The translations under genes and the position numbers were made by a program. The notes beneath the pieces were generated by a model that saw nothing but the letters and a program-made list of their open reading frames with translations, made no database searches and was not told the origin of the DNA. A stretch of DNA of 64,000 bases, from assembly GCA_964035545.1 (NCBI GenBank), contig OZ037765.1, positions 21,513,504 through 21,577,503 of the forward strand, read 5' to 3'. The stretch comes from Bugula neritina (lineage: Eukaryota; Animalia; Bryozoa). Positions 1 through 11,629 of the stretch are shown one piece after another (position 1 is the first letter of the stretch; each line of letters begins with the position of its first letter).

Positions 1-733
1 GTAGGTTAGTTGTACTTCAGCAGTTGTGACATGGCAAAGTTCGTTAGTTTAGCATCTCAAGAAAATGTTGCTTTAATACATAATGGCATTTTTAAATAAA
101 CCTCATGTTTGTTTCAAGCCTCGATGGTAAGAGTTTTTTAATTGGGTAAAAACCACTGAACGTATTTTCCAGGTCATTGGGCAAGGACTATTTATAATGT
201 GGCACCAGAGCAATTATGATTAGAATATCATCCTGGCATGATCACTAGTGGCCCCACTGGCTTAACCCCCCCCCAACCCTGTGCACTAGACTATTGCTCT
301 CACCACTAGACTATAGCTGTACGCCCCTTTTGAAGTGCCTACATTTTTAATTACCTATGCTAGGATATTATATTTATAAGTGATGATTTATGCAAGTGCT
401 AGTATTAGTTGTGTTTGTACATTATGCAATTTGTAAGTATTTCTATTATTATGGGATTATTCGTGTAATATTCAACTACCATCTTTTAAAAATTGCCATT
501 TCTGTTCTCAAGCTCTGATCTTCGAGGCCTAGATAACACTAGAAGCCTCTAACTTCTATATAGTTGCTAGATTTTATTATCCTACTTTAAACTGTTAATA
601 ATATTTTTACATTATCATAAGGCAATTCCGGGTCTCAGCTAACTATGCTTGAAACTGCAGACTGTTGGAGTTGTGTTCCTAATTAATTAGGATCCCTCGG
701 CAGAAAGGAATTAACATTATATGATATGTTACA

Positions 734-1029
734 GGATTTTAGATAACAATGGCACAGGTAGAAATGGATTTTAGATAACAATGGCACAGGTAGAAATGGC
801 ACCGGCAATAATGGTACAAATGGAAAAGTTGGAAAAAATAGCACACTGATGCTAAATTTTCCCACACCCCAAACCCAAGCACTTAACCCCAACCCCACGT
901 AGCAAACCCTAATATTGAAAATGTGCCATTTTTACCTACTTTGCCATTTGTGCCCATATTACTGGTGCCATTATTACCTGTGCCATTTTTACTGGTGCCA
1001 TTTTTACTGGTGCAATTTTAACGGACACC
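734..1029. mobile_element. Foldback/MITE-like non-autonomous DNA element remnant with inverted arrays of ~15-bp repeats
   Basis: Left arm has AATGGCAC-type units (including a perfect 32-bp tandem duplication, 734-765/766-797); right arm has the inverse TGCCATTTTTACTGG-type units (922-1020); the centre is CCCCAAACCC/AACCCTAA-rich. Confidence 0.6.
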
Positions 1030-1734
1030 ACATCACAGTTGTACGAGACAGCAGCATTGTGTATCCATTGAATTATGTGTCGGAATTTTTAAAAAGTATT
1101 CAGATGATCAAAAGACAAGGTTTTATAAGAAGATTTATCTGGCAAAAATTATCTAACATCATAACTGAAATGAAAGGCTATAGATTACCTTACTTAGACC
1201 ACTCAGCTATAAGACTTGAGTTAAATGCTAACTACCAAATAAACATAAAACACACTTACAACCTACATATTCATTGACACTGATCAAATTAAACTGCCAA
1301 AATACTCAATATATCAGCATATATTGCTATAGCAAAAATACTCCACAAAAATATAATTTTTGAATGTTGTAGGGGTAGTCTATAATTAAAGTTAATTTTA
1401 TCAGACATGCAGGGTCACGCTTACTATTGGTTAGCTTTAAAAAATAGTCAGAAATTGAAAAAGCTCTCTAGTTTCAACAAACCATTTGGTATATATAACT
1501 GTAAACGTGAAATTAAAATTGCCAAAGATATTATAAAAATAATTGTGAAATGAATCTACAGAAATTAAGCAGCAGCATAAACAATATAAATCTGATACAT
1601 AAGATTGGGTATCTGAAGTCAACTATCAGTTTGGAATGCAAATTGCGTTAAAAACCATACTAAAATAGTCTGATCATCATATAGCATCCTATTACACGTA
1701 CAAAACATACATGTACATGAGATGTTGAAAGTTA

Positions 1735-4235
1735 CTAGTGACAATTTCCACAATTAGGATGACAGGGTCCCTTTACTCTACATTTGCATCCTCCTGAATT
1801 GTCTCCTGGCCCCTGAAAAACACCCAAAGAAAATGTGTAGAAAATAAAAGATCAAGAAACAACACCGCCATTAAAGCTGTTTGAGAGACTTAATCAAAGA
1901 AATATAACCTTTAAAATCTTAAGACATAAACGGATGTAGATAGAAAAAAATTAGAAACACATAAAAGGAGGTTTGTTTAATCTTCGATTTAACTAAACGA
2001 CAAATTTAAAGAAAGAGTTCAATAAAATTTGTACATAAAATATAGCAGTATAGTTTATAAAGTGAAACCAACCAGAGGCCCCCATCTTGCTTGCTTAGTC
2101 ACCCAGCAAATCTCAGTCTGACAAACTGAACACTTCAACCAATCACAGCCAGTCTTTTTCATAATCACAATATTACACTTCGGGCATCTCATAGCTTCTT
2201 GAGCTCGAACAAGTCTCTAAAACGTTAAATTTTATAATTGAGTAGCAAAAACTAACCATGACAAATTATGCATAATTAACTACAACAAGTAGTACACGTA
2301 GGTTACGCAGTCAGCACATTTATGAGTTCAGGATAATTATCAACATTTGTAGCAGGATAAATTTCAACAGTTTATAATACAAATTCAATCAAAATAATTT
2401 TCAAAAAGATTAAAGTGCGATGATTATGATTTAAACTGTTTGTTGGGCACCTTTCAATAGTAAAAAATATGCAATAAAAATACAAAATGTGATTTAAACT
2501 GATAACAGTTAAGATAATACAAATATATATTAGTTACATTCAAGGTTATTATTTCCACAAAAAAATTATCAAAATAATTTTCTAATATGTTCAAGTACCA
2601 AAAGCAAGCAAGGCTTGTTTGCATGTATAAAACACTATATAGCATTAAACATCACAAAATCAGAGTTCTGTCTAATCAACAGTTTTATTAAAATAAATTT
2701 TAGACTATTTTCAAGTTGATACTTTAACAAAACTGGTAGATGTTTAGCGATAAAAAACTATATGTTGTGACTAGATGTATTTTAAATGAAGGTAATAAAC
2801 AAATTCACCCTAACATCTAGAATAATAAGCTGTCTAACCTCTATCTCATCCTGAGTTTTACGGGCATCAACATCATTAGCTGCTTTGCGTTTTAAATCAT
2901 CTTGATATTCTTTACAGTTTTGATTTTCATGTATTGCTTGACAAGTTAGACAATTTCGAACATTGCAGACTGGACATTGAAAGAAGTTGACTTCGTCATC
3001 ATACGTACACCAGCCCCGGCAGTTGACTGTCTTACAGTGATAGCTGTCTGCTGCTTGCGATTCAGCTACTTGTAGTCCTTTCTCCAGGAGTTTAGGGTAA
3101 AATTCAGGCGCTATCTACCATTATAAAACTAAAAATAATTGTCTCACCAAAAATATAATGAAGTCAAATGTACAATAAAAACTGACTTTAAAGCGTTATA
3201 GATTGCCAAAGTCAAATACTTTAAATAGTCAAGTCAATAGTAGTACAAAAATTCAATGATAGGAAGTGTGATTCAATATGGAATTATCTGCTCTTCGAAA
3301 ATAGTGTGTATTTCTTTGCTTCTGAAAAAACCGTTACGCAAATAGCTTTATAAAAATGTGAATGTTTGACCTCTCTAATCTCCCGCTCCTGCATAACTTC
3401 ATCACAGTGATAATCGTCATCGACATAAGGACACCTGACCTCAGGAGTTTCACTACTCTCTATATGACCCTTTAGACAATCTCTGAAACAAAACACGATT
3501 CAATAAAGAAAGATAAAATATGTAAGAGAAGAAAACTCAAAATACAACATAAATAGCAGACTGAAAAAAGAGTAAAGCAAGGACAGCAATTAAATAGTCA
3601 CTTAAATAAAAACGGATAAGTCCCATAAAGCACCATTTTAAGAAATCATGTTGTATAAAGACCTGCAAAAAACATGAAGACATTCCCTGAGAGTTGCCCC
3701 CTCTCCAACATCACAGTCCGTGAAACAAATGGGACACTCAAACTCCTCATCATTGCCGATCAGGTTTGTGTCATCTGCATTGAGCAAAGCTTGTCTGTTC
3801 TGTTCTCTCTGTAAACGTTCTTGTCTTCTTTCATCTTCTAATACCTATATTTCAATTATGGTAAAGTTACTTAATCAGCTACAAACTCTAACCATGCACG
3901 TGAAATATACTGTTGGAAATATACAATACTATTACAAAACAAATAGTGCATGGGATATTCAGCAACAAGAAGGTAATTGAATATACTAAGGTAATTTTAT
4001 TGATATTACAAGATAATAAAGAAAATATTTACTTCTTGGCAAAATTACACAAACCTGTGTCAGCTTTATTTCATAGTAAGATTTTGAAGTAAATAATACA
4101 AAAGCTTTATTATAAAAGAAAACATTTAAAAATATTTATTACTGATATACTATATTATATAAACTGATTTTGATTTTCAAAAAGCTTGTTACAAAAAAAA
4201 GCAATATGTGGATGAGTAATTTATTATTATCGCCA

Positions 4236-4272
<37 letters not shown>

Positions 4273-7200
4273 TATATTATATTATATTATATTATATTAT
4301 ATATATATTATATATTATATATATATATATATATATTATATATTATATATATATATATATATATTATATATAAAAAATGCATTTATGTAATGGATATAAC
4401 TACTACAGTTCATAAAGTTAAAAGGAGTTAGCTCCATTAGGACTATTGATTGACATAAATCTATCTTTAATTTAAACCCATTCTCTGCAATGCCGCTATG
4501 TACTCAGGAGTCAAATCTCGAGTGATCTAAAAGAAATTCAAACAACAGTTTATCACTGTTCATAACGAGCCAGGAAGTAATATTTGATCGAACTAAAATG
4601 AGGGCTCAGCAGTCAATTAGGAAAAGAAGTTTTTACAAACTTTCAGAAAAAGTAATTTTGTTGATGACAAGTAAATAGAATACTGGTAGTTATGAACAGC
4701 AATAACTTTGTATGTACAACATAATGATATGTTTACCTGCTGCATAGCTATATCGGCAGCAGTACTTCCATCAATAAACGGCAGTTCTGCTGCTCTTGGG
4801 GTATAATCATCGGGTATTACATAGTTAGCCGGTCTATCCATTGAACAAATTTCACACGAAGGTCTGTGCGGAAGGTTGAGAAAAGTGCAACCACTACACT
4901 GCCAATTCCACAAACTCTACAAATCAAAAGAATTCTATTTTAAAAAACCAGCTACATGAATAAAGCAACAATTTGTGTTAATAAACACTTTAGCATTATT
5001 TTCCTTGATATCAACAAAAAATAAAATAAAATAAATTTAAACATGAAATTTAAAGCAAGGAATCCAACCAACCAACTGCAACTATGAACGCACGTTTTAG
5101 TTATTTGCAAATGTTTATTGTATACTTACACCAGACTCTAGTATTTAATCTATAACAGTTAGAAACACATATCAACTATATATACAAAACATATAGGGTT
5201 TATTATGCTTATTTTCTATTTAGCGCTTACACAAGGTGCCACATAACCTATCCTACAGCAACTTTGATAATCTTAATGCCATTTATATACCACATATTAG
5301 CGTAATTAGAGACTTTAAATATATGTTCTTGTTTTACTGTAGATACTTTTAATTCATATAATACTCAACTCTGCATGAATTGGCTAGCCTAAGCTTTGAG
5401 CTTTTATATAATGTATTTTCAGATGATATACTGGAAACATATTTTCACATTAAAAATTGAAAGCATAACAATAAATAGACACAAACTTGTGATATAAGCT
5501 ATTCACCTCATCTGCTGACGGAGCAGCAGTATGCTCGTCACCAATCGCTGCCTCATACCCCGGGGGTCTCAGTTCGCCGCACATCTGGCAGTTTACAGCT
5601 TGTAATGAATTGAGCAATGTGCACACTTCACATGACCACTTCTCTACCTGTAAATTTTCCAACCAACAATAGTTTCAACACAAGTATGACCATATTGCGC
5701 CAATACAGATAAAGTTTTTTATAAAGCAAAAGTGGTGTTATGATAATGGCTCTCTCAAAGTCAATGATAACTACACATTTAAACAAAATCATGATATGTA
5801 TAGAAATTACTATAATTCATAAGCTAAAACAAGTACACAAAAATGTTGTTATAAAAATTACTTGGCTATCAAAAATAAAATTAGTACATGCTTTGAGATA
5901 TAACCAGACGATTGATTATTAGAGAGTGGCTTACCGAAAGAGGATCTTCTGAAGGAAGAAGTTGCTCATCGTGCTGCGTTGGTGAAGGCGGGGCTTGAGG
6001 CGGGGCTTGAGGCGGGGCTTGAGGCGGAGGGCGTACTGACTGCTGTGGAGGTTGAATCACTGGAGGCAGTTGAGCTGCAGATTGTTCCAACGCATCTTCT
6101 GAGCAATACTCTAATTCTTCGAAATCATGACCCTATGTACATAGTATGTCAATATATCAGATGGTGGCAACTAAACTAACTACCGCTAAGACAATGAACG
6201 AGTAAAAGTCACAATAAGACTAGTAAACTACAATTGTTTACAATTAATCCAAAGGTAACACAGTTTGCTGAATAAATCTTAGTCATTAGTGATATGCAAA
6301 AAGTACATTGTGAGAGTGCAATAAAGAGTACAATTTACACTACACTTCGAATGAATTCATATGTGGCTTTGTTAACCTATGGTCGTAGTTTCATTCGATT
6401 GACACTGTCCCATGCATTGAATAAAAAATCAATTTGCATAATTTGAAGTATGGGAATGTAGTGATAGAACAGCACCCGAAAATGATATCTTTTAGGCATA
6501 ATTCAAATTTACGAAATACATTTGAAAAACACCTTTGTTCACTTGAAAGTGAAATTTATTTTTCTTATGCATATATTTTCATGCATAATAAATTTAACAA
6601 TTCTCAATCTTTCTGAAGGTGTGAGGTGAGAGAAGACCTACAAGGACACAAGAGCAATAGCTAACGTCTATTGAGCTACACTAACCTGGTGGTAGGCGCC
6701 CACACAGTTGAAGCAGACCACACAGCAATCGTAATCACATGAAAAACAGTAGTGGGTGGGAGGAGTGATTGTGTTGTCTTGTCTGTAGCACATCTGGCAG
6801 TGCTCGGAATGTGTGGAATACCTGCTAGCAAGTTTCCTCACGTTTTGTACATGAGCATCAGTATGCTGTGTCACAGAGGCAGCCATGGCAGCATTACCTA
6901 TGTCTGCTGCCGCACCTTCGGCTTCCCTGAACACCTCTAGCAATAATCAACATGTATCAATTGTACATCTTGTAACGCAAAAAACTCTGTTACTGAAACT
7001 TGCTTTATATATGTGAAACTTTACTTCAAATCCTCAGACATTTAAATAAAATTTCACACTGCACTACACACAATAAACCACACACTTTTTGATTTAAAGT
7101 GCACACTTACAAAGATATTGTTATTTCAGAAAGAGAAAAATATGAAAAATGCAGGTATTGTGTCAAACTACAGTTAATTTGATAAAAAATTATCTAAAAA

Positions 7201-8097
7201 AACTGAATACAGTTAAAAATTTAGCTTTAGATGAGAAAATGGCTCTAGTCAAAATACCTCTGTCTTCTAGAACTGTTGGGAAGGCAGCGCTGCGTTGTGC
7301 ACCAATGTTTCGGGGAGCTACCTGGGGAGCAGACAGCTGTCGAGCAGGAGTGTGCGGTAATTGTGAAAGAGGAAGTGGGTTAGAAGCTGAGCAGTGAATA
7401 GTTGATGCATCAGGAGCTGCAGCTGGTGGTCTTGCTGAAAAATGATAAAACACATTGATAATTTTTCTAATAATAATCTTTACAGAACAGATATAAAAAT
7501 ATAGGCAATATCATCTCCGAAAAATGCAATGCTTATTACATACATTAATACAGTTTTATTGGAAGTTCCATTTTATATATAATTCCAAACAAAAGTGAAT
7601 TTTTACCATCATAGTGTGGGTTTATATTAAGCTCTCTAAGTTTCTTCAGCCATTCATCAAAATCCGATTGCCGTGTTTTTATCAAGCTTGGTGTTTGGGA
7701 AGCAGATTTCATGTATACATGAAGAGTATTAGTGGAACCTTCCTTAGTTAAATTAGGCACCAGCTCTTCATCATTCAATGCTTTGAAATTTTTTCCATCC
7801 ATGCAAATAAACACTAACTGGCACTCGGTTGGAAAGCCTCTTTCATGTTGAATATAAATTTTAAGGTCTATGATTGGTTTGTTGATGTAGGTCGAAGGTA
7901 GCTGAAGCCGGAATTTGTGTCCAGCCATGCAGTACACAGGCATTCTAACAATAAATGAATGTCATGATTTGGCATTGTAATAATTAAAATATAATAATAT
8001 TATAAAAAACATCTTGCAACTAATCCGAGCTATCAAATATTGGGTACCTGCCGAAAAATACAAACGAATGCAGTCATTACCTGGGTGTGTCATCCAT
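1735..8097 (-). CDS. RBCK1: HOIL-1/RBCK1-like RBR E3 ubiquitin ligase (~697 aa, 12 coding exons)
   Basis: Exons 8097-8081, 7944-7607, 7434-7258, 6936-6686, 6132-5935, 5647-5507, 4916-4737, 3844-3663, 3482-3371, 3114-2839, 2216-2073, 1812-1735; all GT-AG and phase-consistent (2094 nt). UBL (GFPTECQ), [13 protein letters not shown]...CEIC, RING1 CPICFTDC...[22 protein letters not shown]...CPVC...[12 protein letters not shown]2 [19 protein letters not shown] and the HOIL-1-specific tail [19 protein letters not shown]. Confidence 0.93.
4240..4371. repeat. (TA)n/(ATTAT)n compound microsatellite in an RBCK1 intron
   Basis: Directly visible. Confidence 0.95.
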
Positions 8098-8964
8098 CTT
8101 CACAAAATGCTCGGCATTAAGTAAGAGTTAGTAGGTAGAATAAAGCCAATGTCTTCTTCCTACACGCACATCAATTCTATACAACTAAGTTTTTTGTAGT
8201 TAAGGGATCTTCAATTTTCAAGTCTAAAAATAATGTTAGCATCAATAAACAGAAACATGAGCCGTTCATTGAGTTGTAAACTAAAAATTTTACTGATGAC
8301 CCAAACTATCATTCCATAGCCTACATATTTAAAAACTTGATGGCAAAACACAAAAACTATAATTAAGTCTTTTACTACTTACACATCACAACTTACCAAT
8401 AACTTAGAACCTACCAATAAATTTTGATTTTCATTACAAAAATAATATGAGGCAAGAATAATTAGAACTATAGAAGCTTTCTGTTGCCTCTTTGCATCAC
8501 TATAAATCTATCTAGCATAAACATATATGAATTGAAAAATTATAATGTAAAAAGCTAAAATTATTTAATGAATGCATTATCATATATCTTAATGCGGTCT
8601 TTTTAGCACATTTTGTCTTCCTAGATTTTGGAATATAATTTCAAGGTAAGATCCAATTATTATTCACATGAATACTAAAACTTCTTTGAATGAATTTGTT
8701 CAACTAGCTGACTTGATTCAATAATCTTGGTTAAGTTCTTGCAAGTCTTTGAAACTTGGGCAAACCAAAATACTAAGTTGGTTGAGTTAAAATTCTAGTC
8801 AGTTTAAAATTGCTTAGAATCCCATCATGCAAAACACTAGCACACTAAAGACTAACTATCGTTCGAATCAGTGAAGCTCAAGCTTTTAATGATAGAGAAA
8901 AGTGTCAGAAGACCATTTAATGTATAAGAACTTTCTGATAAGGCCTTAATTAAGTCCTATAGCC

Positions 8965-9820
8965 AGTGAGAGGCTGTAGGGGCACCACATATGATCTCAC
9001 AATCTCCCTCCGTGACTCTTCATCCTCTGCTTCCCAAAAATAGTGCTGATGGATAATCTGGTCCATTCCTAAATGTTGCCTTCCCATCTTTTATTCTGTC
9101 CTCTTTGTCTGCCTGTCTCCCTCTGCCTTGTATGATAATATTTGACTATCTAATCTTGTGATATACTCATACCATTTGAATTTGCTTTTGTTGAACATTA
9201 ACTAGAAGATCATGACGGTGACCAATAGCTCTTCAGACACTGTTCTGAACTTCATCATTTGCTACATGGTCTTTGTATGCTATGTCAAAGGTGTTTTAAA
9301 AGCTTTTCATTCTTCTTCGAAGATCAACCATCAGGGTCCATGACTTGCATGCATAAAGGAATGTTAATGTCATAAGGGAAAGCAGCAGTTTGATTTGCTG
9401 GTAATCGTCTTGTATTTTCAGAAAGTGTTCAGCTTTGTTAACACTGATGTTGTTTGTGTTGTTCTGTAAATTTTTCTTTCTTTAAGCCTTCAACCCTAAC
9501 AATGGATCCCAAGCAATTGAAGTTGTTTACGAGATTCAAACGTCTTTCATTGATTTTAACATTTGCTTTGAAGCCTTCAGCTTTGCTGGTCATAATCATC
9601 GCTTTGTCGGCACTGCTTTTCATGCCATAGGCTGTTGATGATAAATGTATTGAGTCCATGAGGCTCACAAGTTCTTGACCTATAACTCCAAGACCATCGA
9701 TTTCCGTTAGTAAAGTAGCTGTTACGTCCTAATACGAACTATACTATTGCTCATCGTTTTCTAGACATAGGCTAAAACGCACTATGAGAAAAGACAGCCC
9801 TGTCTTACTCCAATCATTGT
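8965..9820 (-). mobile_element. Decayed RTE-clade non-LTR retrotransposon, 3' part of the RT ORF
   Basis: Minus-strand fragments GVRQGCLFS (~9787-9812), IDGL...ELVSLMDS...STAYGMKSSADKAMIM (degenerate FADDIDGL region) and a C-terminal 'RGQNKRWEGNI*EWTRL' typical of RTE/BovB-like ORFs; many stops and frameshifts. Confidence 0.8.
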
Positions 9821-11629
9821 TTGAAACAACATTTACATAAGTTAAAAAACTGCACAAGGATAAGAAGCTCAAACTCTAAATGTCAGGTTTATCATGTACA
9901 GAGCTGGCCATTACATAAGATTAGAATAATGACACGGAGCTACTCATAAGCCTAAGCCAACACTCAGGTCTACAATAATACTAACAGCCAGTGCATGCAA
10001 CTGTTAGAGTAATGACACGATATTCATATACTAATAGCATATTTTTAGGTGAGTTATACCCAATTCTATTTTAAATTCAATAACCAAAATAGTCTCACTG
10101 TCAATGAAATTCAATAACTTATTATCATAAACCCAATCAGAATGCATAATCATAATGATGACAACCATCAAATAAAAGTTGTGATAGTTCAAAGTTTAAG
10201 CTTAAGTACAAACTCACTCTCACTCTTACTCTTAGTAATACAATAGTATAAGTATAACTATAAGTATCACAATAAAGTTTAATATCATACTTATTAGCAT
10301 GAACTAGAAAATTCATCTCAATCAAACGAATAAAAGTAAAACAAAATTTAAAAAAAAATATAAATAATATTATTAGTATTGACGTAATCAGCATCATAAT
10401 CATAATCATTAATGATAATTCATAAACTAAAAAAATAATAAATGAACTAAAAAAAAATAAATGTGAAATATTACCAAGTTAATAATTAAGCCTGAAAAAC
10501 AAAAGTAATAAACATAACTAATAAGTGATAATTAATAGTAATAACAAATAGCAATGATGAATTATAAATAATTAAATAGTGGTGATACTGGTACTAGGAT
10601 TTACTTCCATAATGATAAAGTTAATCTGTTAAACATTGAACATCAAGTTAAATTAAAGATAATACCGAAAATTACATAAATGTTATTCTAATCAAGAATT
10701 TGTTTTAGCAAATGCAAAACTGGTAGTCTTGGGGATAAAATACTAAATATAGTGAGAAAGATTTGTGTCTTTCAGCATGAGCATTTGCCTCTGAGATTCC
10801 AGTTTATCCTCAAACTCCAAGTTCTGGGGAGTTGGAAAATCCCCGAGCAGTTCCTTGTTTCAGAGTCATCTACCCAACTCAATTAAAGCGAGGCCATGTA
10901 TAAAAGAGTGATATATGACCTTTGATCCTTTGGCAAAGCCTACTTGGAGACTTTGATTTGATAGATCATACTGGTTGCATTGTACCAACAGTTTTTGTGC
11001 GTGTTCTCGGGTCGTCGCAAATAGAATAGCTGAATTCCAAACATTTGTTGCACAGTTGGCGCTGGAATGAAGAAAGTGCCATCTATCTAGATTCTAAATG
11101 GCGAGAATGATTTTACAAACAGCTCCGAGTTAGGGGTGAAGGGTGATTTTTAGTGGGCGGGGTCTCGAGTTTGGAGATATGTTCTCAACTCCAAACTAAA
11201 ATCGTCCTTCACCCGAACCATCTAAATGGCGACATGGGCGACTATGGGAACGCATCAACCTAATGATAATATTAACATTATATTATGACATTAACTAATC
11301 AAATCTCTAGTAATTGTTATAAAAGCGCTGTTAGTATTATAAGATTTGCAGTTGAATTATTCATATTGCAATTCAAATAATAGTAATAATGATTTCCGTT
11401 AAAGTATAAAACCAAGTTATACGTATTTATATTACTATTCCGCATTCGCCTTCGGTATTGCTATGCCTATCGGCTATTGGTTTTCAATTTGAATTTAAAT
11501 TTTATTTGAAAATCTCTAGTCTAGACTCTACGCCAACACTATAAGTATAACTATAAGTGCAATAGTAATAAATATAATAGTAATTGCAATATGCATGTAA
11601 TACCAATAGTAATAGCGACACAGTAAAAC

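Noticed and set aside
922-1020. Short regularly spaced repeats as a possible CRISPR array
   Set aside because: Tandem units without unique spacers, eukaryotic context, no cas genes.
915-1277. Cys/His/Trp-repeat ORF (CHFYWCHFYW) resembling a metal-binding peptide
   Set aside because: It is the translation of the 15-bp repeats of the foldback element, with a non-ATG start and no splice support.
4170-4373. Ile/Tyr-rich ORF
   Set aside because: Microsatellite translation.
10760-11085. More GC-balanced stretch with a short minus-strand ATG ORF (MALSSFQRQLCNKC...)
   Set aside because: Only ~38 codons, no recognisable motif or consistent splice partners; may be UTR or a TE relic.
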